From Aliivibrio fischeri ES114 (GTDB taxonomy: Bacteria; Pseudomonadota; Gammaproteobacteria; Enterobacterales; Vibrionaceae): a DNA stretch of 32,000 nucleotides. The notes under the pieces were generated by a model, which was not told the DNA's origin, did no database searches, and saw nothing but the letters and a program-made list of their open reading frames with translations. Positions within the stretch are counted from its first letter, which is position 1. Each line of letters opens with the position of its first letter. The stretch lies in assembly GCF_000011805.1 (NCBI RefSeq), contig NC_006840.2; one strand, 5' to 3'. Below are positions 8,685-17,119 of the stretch, piece after piece. The position numbers and the translations under genes are program-made.

Positions 8685-8706
8685 ATGGGCCGTTTCGTCG
8701 GCCCAT
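8685..8706. terminator. Bidirectional Rho-independent terminator between convergent genes
   Basis: Stem ATGGGCCG (8685-8692) / CGGCCCAT (8699-8706) with loop TTTCGT. It is flanked by an A-run upstream and the T-rich TCTTATTT downstream. Confidence 0.8.
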
Positions 8707-8712
8707 TCTTAT

Positions 8713-9504
8713 TTAAAATAACTCAATATATAAAGTTTCATTCGACTTAAAGTTTAATGTTATATTTCCAATATGTTGGTCCGGTACTGAAAGAAGATTA
8801 CGACCATTTATATCCGCTAATATTGAGCACTGATCATAGTTTTCTTTTAACCCTTCAATAGTTTCATTGTAATGGTTCAACAAATCAAAACTTGCGAATG
8901 CAAAGCCTTCAGAAACAATATAATTTGGTTGTTTAGATTCTTTACTAAGGGCTACATCTCCATTGCTATAACAACGTAAAGAATGTATATCTATATCATA
9001 ACGATGATCGGATGCAGCACTCCATTGGATACGAACACTATTAGTTAATTCATAAGAGTTTATTGAAATATCACTAATTGGTTCAGGAAGGCGATCAAGA
9101 GTTGTATATCCAACAAGTTCATCATTTCTATACCAATTGAATTCATACATTGCTCCCATTGCATCGATTGTTGGAAACTCAATACCTGACAAATTCTCTC
9201 TACTATGTACAACTCCATCTTGAACTATTTCAACACGATCAATATCTGAAACATACATTTCATATGGAAATATAGGAGGTTTATAATCACTATAAAAATC
9301 ACCTCTAAAATACATGCTGTTATCATTTCTTAGGTGCATTGTATATCTCAATTCAAGCTGAGAAACAGGATATGTGCATGTCATTTCTTGTGCATTACTG
9401 CAATATCCATAAGGAGGATCTGTCTCATCACTTCCACCACCATCACTACCGCCACAAGCAGCAAGTAGCCCAAAACATGGGATCACTAATAAACTCTTTT
9501 TCAT
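8713..9504 (-). CDS. Hypothetical lipoprotein
   Basis: Start at 9504 gives MKKSLLVIPCFGLLAACGG, which contains the lipobox LAAC, and AAGGA lies 9 nt upstream. The longer ORF-track start at 9564 has no such support. I recognise no family. Confidence 0.65.
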   Translation of the reverse strand: MKKSLLVIPCFGLLAACGGSDGGGSDETDPPYGYCSNAQEMTCTYPVSQLELRYTMHLRNDNSMYFRGDFYSDYKPPIFPYEMYVSDIDRVEIVQDGVVHSRENLSGIEFPTIDAMGAMYEFNWYRNDELVGYTTLDRLPEPISDISINSYELTNSVRIQWSAASDHRYDIDIHSLRCYSNGDVALSKESKQPNYIVSEGFAFASFDLLNHYNETIEGLKENYDQCSILADINGRNLLSVPDQHIGNITLNFKSNETLYIELF

Positions 9505-9703
9505 AATAATCTGTCCTTGATAAATACCCAGAACAATTTTACGAACAAGAATCATACAATTCATTTACATAAATTATACCGAATGATAGGAGTCGCAATT
9601 TTGTATTTTAATGAAAACAATCTGCGAGCGACTTCATTATTATTAATTGAACAGCAAAATACATAATTGACTTCATTCAAAACATCATACCTAAAAACAA
9701 AGA

Positions 9704-9737
9704 AAAGCCCTTTAACTCTATAGAATTAAAGGGCTTT
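9704..9737 (-). terminator. Rho-independent terminator after the 9743-10231 gene
   Basis: 12-bp perfect stem AAAGCCCTTTAA (9704-9715) / TTAAAGGGCTTT (9726-9737). On the minus-strand transcript it is followed by a T-rich tract. Confidence 0.75.
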
Positions 9738-9742
9738 ATTTA

Positions 9743-10231
9743 CTATGCCGTAACTAGTGTTAACTGCTTATCTTGATTTTCTACATACCAGAAAGCCAAT
9801 AATGATACCGCCCAGAATTGAAATAAATATTGGACGTCAGAGGCTCCTGCTAATGTTTGTGTAACAGCCATTGATGCCGTTACAAACAAAGAGGATAACA
9901 AGCCTGCTTTCAATAATGTTTTAGGCTTATTCGGTAAGATTTCTAATTTCAGAAACGAGGTAATTAATAGCACAACAGGTAAAATTTGAAGCACGATTAA
10001 TACAGGAAATAAATAATCATACATAGGCACAAATATCGCGTCTGTTAATGGTTTTTTCGACCACGTACCTGCTATATATTCTTTCCATCCATCCCAACTA
10101 TCACCTTGTCGAGTACCAAATAAAATCCCATAAAACTTATCGACAACCCCGTTTGAAAACCAAAACGGAGCAAACAACATATAAAATGGAAGATATTTAA
10201 TAATTTCAATCGCTTTTTCTAATTTTTTCAT
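9743..10231 (-). CDS. Hypothetical multi-pass membrane protein
   Basis: ORF with several hydrophobic segments. AGGA lies 7 nt before the second ATG at 10231 (MKKLEK...), so I prefer that start over 10237. I recognise no family. Confidence 0.55.
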   Translation of the reverse strand: MKKLEKAIEIIKYLPFYMLFAPFWFSNGVVDKFYGILFGTRQGDSWDGWKEYIAGTWSKKPLTDAIFVPMYDYLFPVLIVLQILPVVLLITSFLKLEILPNKPKTLLKAGLLSSLFVTASMAVTQTLAGASDVQYLFQFWAVSLLAFWYVENQDKQLTLVTA

Positions 10232-10376
10232 TGTCATTTCCTAAGTATAAAATAAAAATATTTAATTAAATTTATACTAATTCCATTCATGCACTCGTAA
10301 CCCTAAACACAACAATTAAGTGGTGTAATTCGTAATAGTTAACGAGCAATCCCTGAAATTAGTATTACTTAGGTTT

Positions 10377-10772
10377 TTATTCTAGAAAAACGCAGAATCT
10401 AAGATGCCGACGCCGAACCTTCTGAACTTGTCGTTCTATGGGTCCAATAAAGATTGGAGGTGAATGAAGTAAAGGGATAACAACGAGAGCAATCGCTATG
10501 AATAACCAAGCACCTAAAAGTAAATCGTGCATGCTATTTTCAAAGGATAATAAGTGCTCAACCAATTCGCATTTAGGCGCTATCGGCTGAGAATCACTTC
10601 CTGTCACCGCCTCTAATTGGTGTACTTTTGTTTGCGCCTCAATCAAGTGTTCTTTACAACTTGAAGTTACACCAATCAATTGACTAAAACAGATAAACAC
10701 ACTTAAAAGAACTAAGCATAATAATAGCTTAGCTCTAAATTGTTTATTTCTATTTGAAATAAGTGTGCTCAT
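10377..10772 (-). CDS. Hypothetical two-TM protein with repeated Cys/His motifs
   Basis: 131-aa ORF with an N-terminal hydrophobic anchor and a second TM segment. The segment between them carries SSCKEHLIEA and PKCELVEHLL. No clear SD is present, so coding status is uncertain. Confidence 0.4.
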   Translation of the reverse strand: MSTLISNRNKQFRAKLLLCLVLLSVFICFSQLIGVTSSCKEHLIEAQTKVHQLEAVTGSDSQPIAPKCELVEHLLSFENSMHDLLLGAWLFIAIALVVIPLLHSPPIFIGPIERQVQKVRRRHLRFCVFLE

Positions 10773-10872
10773 AAATATCTTAGTAATAAGTTGAATATCA
10801 ATTACACCAACCCTAACAAAGAATCTCTTTGATATAAATCAGTTTTTTACTTATCAATAACCCATTCCTTGA

Positions 10873-11331
10873 TTAATATTCATCAGGTACTTTATCTAAT
10901 ACTCGTGTTTGAGCTAACTTAAGATAAGAGTGCAATTCATTATTCTTGTACTCTATTGCAGAATGAATATTTACAGATGAATTTGCCACAACCACGAAAT
11001 CATATTGATTTTCGTTCTTAAAAATTGATATGTATAGCAAACCATCAATGAGTTCCCAATGCCCTACCGTTTTTAATCGCTCAAACAAAGTAAACTCAAT
11101 TAAGCTCCCATTTTGACTAAATATAAGCTCCGTAATATAGCCAGCCGTACACGTTTTTATCCAGTGTGATTCAAAGATTTCTTCAAGTGAAAAATCTCTT
11201 TTTTGCTGACACCATGTAACGAGTTCTTTTTCTTGAATATCACAATGAGAAAGTTCATTACGTTCAACAATTGGCGTTCCTTTTACTTCACGCAAAAATA
11301 ACTGCTGCAATACGGCTTCTTTATTTGGCAT
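10873..11331 (-). CDS. Hypothetical cytoplasmic protein
   Basis: 152-aa ORF with a good SD, AGGAG, 7 nt upstream of the ATG. I recognise no family. Confidence 0.6.
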   Translation of the reverse strand: MPNKEAVLQQLFLREVKGTPIVERNELSHCDIQEKELVTWCQQKRDFSLEEIFESHWIKTCTAGYITELIFSQNGSLIEFTLFERLKTVGHWELIDGLLYISIFKNENQYDFVVVANSSVNIHSAIEYKNNELHSYLKLAQTRVLDKVPDEY

Positions 11332-11370
11332 ACATTCACTCCTGAAATAGTCGTTTATCCATAATAAAAA

Positions 11371-11399
11371 AGGCTTACCGCAGTTTCTGCGATAAGCCT
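11371..11399 (-). terminator. Rho-independent terminator after the BCCT gene
   Basis: 13-bp stem AGGCTTACCGCAG / CTGCGATAAGCCT with one G-U pair on the minus transcript and a 3-nt loop. It is followed on the minus strand by TTTTTATTAT. Confidence 0.8.
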
Positions 11400-11439
11400 C
11401 TCATTCAATCAAAACGTTTTATTGGGTCGTTATCAATAA

Positions 11440-12996
11440 CTACACCGTAACGCTTTTTGTGCAATCTACCGATGATTTACTTTCAAGCTCTGCACTCTTC
11501 ATACGTAGAACCGCAATCGGTCCAGTAATAAAAGTAACACCAACCAAGAAAGAAACCGGTACAGCTGTAATTACGATAAAGGATTGAAGTGCATTTAATC
11601 CACCATCACCCGCAATCAATAAAACGCCAGCAACCACACCCATCATAACCGCCCAAAATAGACGCTGATATCTTGACGGTGTATCAGTGCCCTCTACTGC
11701 CATTGCAATAGAATAAGCCATTGAATCACCTGTTGTTGCTACAAACGTCGTTGTAAGTACAAGGAATGCAGGTATCAATAAGAAACTAAAAGGTAATTGA
11801 GCTAATGATGCTAATAACACCGCAGGTAAGCCCGCTTCTTGCAATGGTTGAGAAATGCTACCCGGAGTTTGTAGCTCAAGGAAAATCCCTGTTCCACCCA
11901 ATGATGAAAACCAAAAGTTGGTCGCAATTGGAGCAATAATGGCTACCGTAATAATCAACTCACGAATGCTTCGGCCTTGAGAGATGCGTGCAATGAAAAT
12001 AGCCATCATTGGAGCAAAACCAATAAACCATCCCCAGAAGAACCACGTCCACCACGAATTCCAAGAAGGATCCGCTGTACTCAAGCTCATTTCAGGTAAG
12101 TGCTGAATATAAGTACCAAAAGCCATACCGAACTCTTTAAAGATAAAACCGGTAGGACCAAGAACTAAGATCGCAACTAATAATGCAACAGCACCAATAA
12201 CATTCATACGACTCAACCACTGTAAGCCCTTGTCCATGCCAGAGAAGGCCGAAACAGAATAAATGCTAACAATCACGGTCAAAATGATGATTTGGCTCAT
12301 CAGCGAGCTTTCAAGCCCTGTCAGGACTGTCAGACTGTAACTTAACTGTGTTGCTAAAAATCCAATAGGTCCAATGGTTCCTGCTGCTACAGCAATAATA
12401 GAACAAGCATCAATGACCGAACCAATCCAATGGTTCTCTAATTTGTCACCCAAAATAGGATATAACAATGCACGAGGACGAAGTTTTACACCGCAGTTAT
12501 AGTGGGCATACATAAGAACAATCGTGCTTAATGTGCCAAGCACAGCCCATGCTAAAAATCCCCAATGTAAAAAGCTTTGGCTTAAAGCTGGAGCAACTGC
12601 TGCCAACGTGCCACCTTTAACATCAGAAAAGCTTGGTGATGGTGTAATGAAATGGAAAATAGGTTCAGCTGCTGACCAAAACACGCCTCCGCCTGCAAGC
12701 AGAGTACACATGATCATTGCCACCCAACGAAAGGTACCTATCGTGGGTTTTGATTCACTGCCCATCTTAATTTTGCCATAACTGCTCATCGCAATGATAA
12801 AAGCTAAAACAAAAGTGATGATCATTAGCCACTGCCACCAATAGCCGAACATGGTCGAAACCGACATGAACAAAGATTGAATAGTTGCAGTAAATGCTGA
12901 GAGATCAACAAAGGCAGCTAAAAGAAATAGAAGGATAAATCCTATTGTGAGGGTTGGAACAAGTTTGTCGCTAGTTTGCTTACTATTTGTAGACAT
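11440..12996 (-). CDS. BCCT family (betaine/carnitine/choline) transporter
   Basis: 518-aa polytopic ORF with the Trp-rich BCCT signature WNSWWTWFFWGWFIGFAPMMAIFIARISQGRSIRE. Confidence 0.9.
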   Translation of the reverse strand: MSTNSKQTSDKLVPTLTIGFILLFLLAAFVDLSAFTATIQSLFMSVSTMFGYWWQWLMIITFVLAFIIAMSSYGKIKMGSESKPTIGTFRWVAMIMCTLLAGGGVFWSAAEPIFHFITPSPSFSDVKGGTLAAVAPALSQSFLHWGFLAWAVLGTLSTIVLMYAHYNCGVKLRPRALLYPILGDKLENHWIGSVIDACSIIAVAAGTIGPIGFLATQLSYSLTVLTGLESSLMSQIIILTVIVSIYSVSAFSGMDKGLQWLSRMNVIGAVALLVAILVLGPTGFIFKEFGMAFGTYIQHLPEMSLSTADPSWNSWWTWFFWGWFIGFAPMMAIFIARISQGRSIRELIITVAIIAPIATNFWFSSLGGTGIFLELQTPGSISQPLQEAGLPAVLLASLAQLPFSFLLIPAFLVLTTTFVATTGDSMAYSIAMAVEGTDTPSRYQRLFWAVMMGVVAGVLLIAGDGGLNALQSFIVITAVPVSFLVGVTFITGPIAVLRMKSAELESKSSVDCTKSVTV

Positions 12997-13273
12997 AAAT
13001 ATCTCACTTGATGCGTGAGGGATGGAACTCTAGCAGCTTAAAAAACGTAAAACCAGTGAAATATTTTTCAACTTTCCGATTTTCTAGTGAAAAAAATATG
13101 AATATCATCACAAAAAAAGAATATTACGCCTAAAAATCAGATAGTTATAAAATCAACCATAAAATAATACAAACAACCAAAAAAATTTACACTTTTATCA
13201 AAATAATCCATTCTGGGTAGGCTGTTTTTTAATCGTTAATTATATTCTTCATGGTTTATCTATCTCCTGTAAA

Positions 13274-13307
13274 ATTCATTTTATATTCATATTCGCTGTT
13301 TTATACT
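13274..13307 (+). promoter_or_regulatory. Candidate response-regulator box (ATTCAT-N5-ATTCAT) plus a -10-like TATACT upstream of the PepSY gene
   Basis: ATTCAT occurs at 13274-13279 and 13285-13290, an 11-bp period, with a partial third copy ATTCG at 13291. TATACT at 13302-13307 lies 31 nt before the ATG at 13338. Confidence 0.45.
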
Positions 13308-13337
13308 TAATCTCATAGCGAACTATTGGGATAAATC

Positions 13338-13724
13338 ATGCTTAAAAAATCAGTCATATACCTCGCCGCTCTTCTCTCTATATTCTCTCAGAATGTATTG
13401 GCCGATAATCATCATCAAAATGGGCATGAATTAGTCCAAGATATTCAAACGGCAGATACACGAATAGAGATAGACGAAGATCAAGATGAAGTATATGAAG
13501 CGGTTAAATTAGGGCTAATTAAGCCATTTTCTGAACTGTATACCACTGTCGCTCAAGACTTTAACGGCCGAATCATCAAAGTAGAACTTGAAGAAGACGA
13601 TGACGAATGGACCTATGAATTAAAAATCGTACACAATAACAATGTATTAAAAGTTGAATACAATGCGGCTAACCTTGCGATCACAGAAATTAAAGGTCGT
13701 GATATTCGAGCAGCACTTAAATAG
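13338..13724 (+). CDS. Secreted PepSY-domain protein
   Basis: 128-aa ORF with signal peptide MLKKSVIYLAALLSIFSQNVLA. The C-terminal part (IIKVELEEDDDEWTYELKIVHNNNVLKVEYNAANLAI) fits the PepSY fold pattern. It sits first in an operon with an OmpR-type RR and HK, which is a recurrent arrangement. Confidence 0.7.
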   Translation: MLKKSVIYLAALLSIFSQNVLADNHHQNGHELVQDIQTADTRIEIDEDQDEVYEAVKLGLIKPFSELYTTVAQDFNGRIIKVELEEDDDEWTYELKIVHNNNVLKVEYNAANLAITEIKGRDIRAALK

Positions 13725-13762
13725 ATCAACCCACAATTATATAAATAGAGATAACAATAATA

Positions 13763-14419
13763 ATGAAAATTTTAGTTGTAGAAGATGACTTACGTTTAGG
13801 CGCACAAATTGTAGAAACCCTAGAGTCTGCCGATTGGGTTCCTGAGTTATCACAAGATGGTGTTGATGCATTATATAGAGCAACAACTGAGGAATGGGAT
13901 GCTATTGTTCTTGATTTGGGCTTACCAAAATTAAATGGCCTAACGGTACTAAAAAGCATTCGTGATGAAAACATTAACACGCCCGTTATTATTTTAAGTG
14001 CTCGTGATACGTTATCACAACGTGTTGAAGGCTTAAATGCAGGCGCAGATGACTACTTAACTAAACCGTTTGAAATGGTGGAATTGATTGCTCGCATTCG
14101 TGCTCAATTACGTCGAGCCTCTGGCAATGCCTCCCCTATTTTAAAAATTGGTGATTTAAGCTTAGATACCCGCAGTTCCAAAGTTCTGTGGCAAGACCAA
14201 GCTGTAAGCCTGACAGCATTGGAATACAAGGTCGTTGCTTATTTCATGCACAATCCAGATAAGGTGATCTCTAGAACGACACTTGTTGAACATATCTATA
14301 AGCAAGATTTTGATCGTGATTCAAATACCGTTGAAGTATTTATTGGCCGAATTCGTAAAAAAATAGCGCCAAATATCATCAAAACCGTACGTGGTCTTGG
14401 TTATCAATTAAACTCATAG
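13763..14419 (+). CDS. OmpR/PhoB-family response regulator
   Basis: 218 aa. The REC domain reads MKILVVEDD...IVLDLGLPKLNG...KPF, and the winged-helix C-terminus reads LTALEYKVVAYFMHNPDKVISRTTLVEHIY...RGLGYQL. Confidence 0.92.
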   Translation: MKILVVEDDLRLGAQIVETLESADWVPELSQDGVDALYRATTEEWDAIVLDLGLPKLNGLTVLKSIRDENINTPVIILSARDTLSQRVEGLNAGADDYLTKPFEMVELIARIRAQLRRASGNASPILKIGDLSLDTRSSKVLWQDQAVSLTALEYKVVAYFMHNPDKVISRTTLVEHIYKQDFDRDSNTVEVFIGRIRKKIAPNIIKTVRGLGYQLNS

Positions 14420-14437
14420 AGCAAATCAAGGATAACG

Positions 14438-15802
14438 ATGAAAAAGGCACCCCGTCGTCTTCAACATACATTAAAAAAATTAAGTTTAAAAAGCCGCTTG
14501 CTTCTTGCTGCGGCTTTTTGGCTATCTTCAATGATTTTAGCGGCTGGCATTGGTATTCCAAAACTAGTCAATGATTATCTGATTAAAGATGTAAAACAAC
14601 AATTAGCCTTATCTATGGATGAAATCACGGCTAATTTAGAAACCAACGAACAAGGAAAGTTAGTTTTATTCTCTCGACTTTCTGATCCTCGTTTTAATCA
14701 GCCTTATAGCGGTCTATACTGGACTGCAAGTACCAAAAAAGATGAACTGCGTTCTCGTTCTTTATGGGATAAGAAGCTAAAATTTAAAGACAATTCTTTA
14801 GATATCGCTCCTACAGTAAAGGGAGCAAAAGACGAAAAACTTATCTATATTCAAAAACACATATACCTTCCAGAAATTAAAGCACCAATAACAATAACCA
14901 TTGGTGTGGATGAAAATCCCTTAGAAAAAACATTACACCAATTAACAGGACAAGTTTGGGTTATCTTAGGATTACTATTTAGCGGTGTTTTATTCCTTAT
15001 TGGTATTCAAGTCAGTTGGTCTTTACGCCCACTTGCTAAAATGCAATCTGAACTTATTCAACTGCGCAAAGGAGAACAACAAAATTTAAGCCAACACTAC
15101 CCTCAAGAAATAGCCCCTTTGGTTTCGGATCTCAATGCGCTTTTATTTCATTATCAAGAATTACTGGATCGTGCTCGTAACCATGCAGGCAACTTATCTC
15201 ATTCTTTAAAAACACCACTATCCGTCCTTAAAAATGAGTTAGAGCATTTAAGCGAAGAGGATAAAAAGCGCTTATCTCTGCCTATTAATAAACTTCAAGA
15301 GCACATCGACTACCATTTAGGCCGTGCTCGCATGGCTGGATCAATGAATATTTTATCTGTTTCAACCTCTCCATCCGATCGTGTTGATGCCATATCAATG
15401 GCTTTTGATAAAGTCTATGCTGTTCGTGAAATCATGTTAATTAACGAACTTAATAGTGATGACAATATTGCCGTAGAAGCAACAGATCTTGATGAAATGC
15501 TTGGTAATTTACTCGAAAATGGCTATAAGTGGGCAAGTTCTATGATTCGTGTTCATTCAAAATACGCTGCTGACAATCTCATTGAAATCACGATCGAAGA
15601 TGATGGAAATGGCATACCAGAAGATAAACTAGAGCACGTAATTCGACGAGGTGTACGTCTGGATGAATCAACCCCAGGTACAGGGCTTGGTTTAAATATT
15701 GTAGACGAAATGGCACACAGCTACCGCGGTTCATTGCTTTTAGATAGAAGTAAAATGGGCGGCTTAAAAGCAACCCTCACCTTTCCACTGGTGACTAATT
15801 AA
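14438..15802 (+). CDS. Sensor histidine kinase (PhoQ/PmrB-like architecture: TM-periplasmic-TM-HAMP-HisKA-HATPase)
   Basis: 454 aa. H-box is NLSHSLKTPLSVL, N-box LLENGYKWA, and G-boxes DDGNGIP and GTGLGLNIV. The periplasmic segment contains DPRFNQPYSGLYW. An AAGGA SD lies upstream. Confidence 0.9.
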   Translation: MKKAPRRLQHTLKKLSLKSRLLLAAAFWLSSMILAAGIGIPKLVNDYLIKDVKQQLALSMDEITANLETNEQGKLVLFSRLSDPRFNQPYSGLYWTASTKKDELRSRSLWDKKLKFKDNSLDIAPTVKGAKDEKLIYIQKHIYLPEIKAPITITIGVDENPLEKTLHQLTGQVWVILGLLFSGVLFLIGIQVSWSLRPLAKMQSELIQLRKGEQQNLSQHYPQEIAPLVSDLNALLFHYQELLDRARNHAGNLSHSLKTPLSVLKNELEHLSEEDKKRLSLPINKLQEHIDYHLGRARMAGSMNILSVSTSPSDRVDAISMAFDKVYAVREIMLINELNSDDNIAVEATDLDEMLGNLLENGYKWASSMIRVHSKYAADNLIEITIEDDGNGIPEDKLEHVIRRGVRLDESTPGTGLGLNIVDEMAHSYRGSLLLDRSKMGGLKATLTFPLVTN

Positions 15803-15813
15803 CAATAAATAAC

Positions 15814-15853
15814 CTCGTACGTTATCCATTATTACCAATAGGTAACGTACGAG
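15814..15853 (-). terminator. Hairpin at the convergent HK / DedA-LssY junction, probably the terminator of the minus-strand operon
   Basis: 11-bp perfect inverted repeat CTCGTACGTTA (15814-15824) / TAACGTACGAG (15843-15853). The right arm lies inside the last codons of the minus-strand CDS. On the minus transcript the stem is followed by TTATTTATTGTT. Confidence 0.5.
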
Positions 15854-17099
15854 TACTGATAACCAATATCTCTCCATCAGAATAATAATCATGCTCTTCA
15901 TCTTTACTCACAGGTGCTGAATAAGCTTGTTTCGATGTAAATAGATTGTTCGAAAATAAATCGATCGTTCTTTTAAATTTATCTCTTTCTTTATCTACAT
16001 CTGAATCAATGCTGTGCAGCATAGTTACTATTCCTCGATATGGAGTAAAGGTCAGACCATCATCATAACTTAACGCCCCTAACCAAACCTGTTGTTCCCC
16101 GCTATTTCTTCCAGCATTCCACCAACGGATATGACTTCGTTTTAATAAATTTCCTGGTAATTGAAAAGCCATATCTTGAACTCGCCCATTCCAAAACAGA
16201 TCGGATACTGGTGGCGTCTTATTCCTCATAAGTAAAAAATAATCGACTAAATTAATATCATTTCTTGAAAATGTTTTGTTTTCAATCCACCCAAGTTGAT
16301 TCATTATCGTCTGAGGATTGTTACCGATAAATACAACGTTAATTGCTTGTGCATCAAAAAAAGACGACTCTCCAGGGAATGCTTTGAATACGGTGCGTGT
16401 TTCATCAAAATACAAAGGGTTAGCCTTAACATCTTTGATTAAGTCATCGGCCGACCAAAAAAAATGACTGTAATTTAAATAAGCCACTGCCGCTATAAGA
16501 GCAAAGGTGAATTTTAATCCGAGTCTGCGCCATCGATAACGTTTAGCTATGAACAAAAAAACACTCAAGAAAACCAGCATCAGAATAGACTGTATATGTT
16601 CTACAACAAAAAGCTCAGCTTCTTTTAGCAATGGTAGCGTATCAATGCCATAAGATAATAAATATCCCCATAGAACAAATTGAGTAACACCGAGTAGCAA
16701 ACCAATAGAAGTCAATAATGTAAATCTCCCCCAAGCAATATGATTAACACCAGCGATAAAAGGAACTATCCACGCTACAGGTCCTAACAAGCGAGAAAAA
16801 ACAAGAACGATAGTTCCTCTCTTTTGCAATAGCAAACGGCAACGAGCGATAGGACGTCGTGTTTTTGGCAGCCACCTCATTAACCATGATTGAGCATTTC
16901 GTCCAAATCGGCGACCAATAACATAGCTAATTTGATCGCCTAAAAAACCGCCTAAAATGACAGCAACAACGCCACTCCAAATACCTTGATGAAGCCGAAA
17001 GCCTGCTGCAATTAAAAAAGGTTCCCCAGGAACAAATACATTAGGTCCTATGAGCGCATCAAATAATGCGCCCCAAAACAAAGTCATCGTATCAAACAT
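15822..17099 (-). CDS. DedA (VTT/SNARE-associated) membrane domain fused to a C-terminal LssY_C-like domain
   Basis: 425 aa. The N-terminal part carries DedA motifs (GEPFLIAAGF...GGFLGDQISYVIGRRFGR) and is followed by further TM segments. The roughly 210-aa soluble C-terminus (HIRWWNAG...VWLGALSYDDGL...HSIDSDVDKERD) resembles the LssY C-terminal domain. It starts 20 nt downstream of the GT2 gene. Confidence 0.75.
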   Translation of the reverse strand: MFDTMTLFWGALFDALIGPNVFVPGEPFLIAAGFRLHQGIWSGVVAVILGGFLGDQISYVIGRRFGRNAQSWLMRWLPKTRRPIARCRLLLQKRGTIVLVFSRLLGPVAWIVPFIAGVNHIAWGRFTLLTSIGLLLGVTQFVLWGYLLSYGIDTLPLLKEAELFVVEHIQSILMLVFLSVFLFIAKRYRWRRLGLKFTFALIAAVAYLNYSHFFWSADDLIKDVKANPLYFDETRTVFKAFPGESSFFDAQAINVVFIGNNPQTIMNQLGWIENKTFSRNDINLVDYFLLMRNKTPPVSDLFWNGRVQDMAFQLPGNLLKRSHIRWWNAGRNSGEQQVWLGALSYDDGLTFTPYRGIVTMLHSIDSDVDKERDKFKRTIDLFSNNLFTSKQAYSAPVSKDEEHDYYSDGEILVISTRTLPIGNNG

Positions 17100-17119
17100 A
17101 ATTTACCTTTACGTATAAA

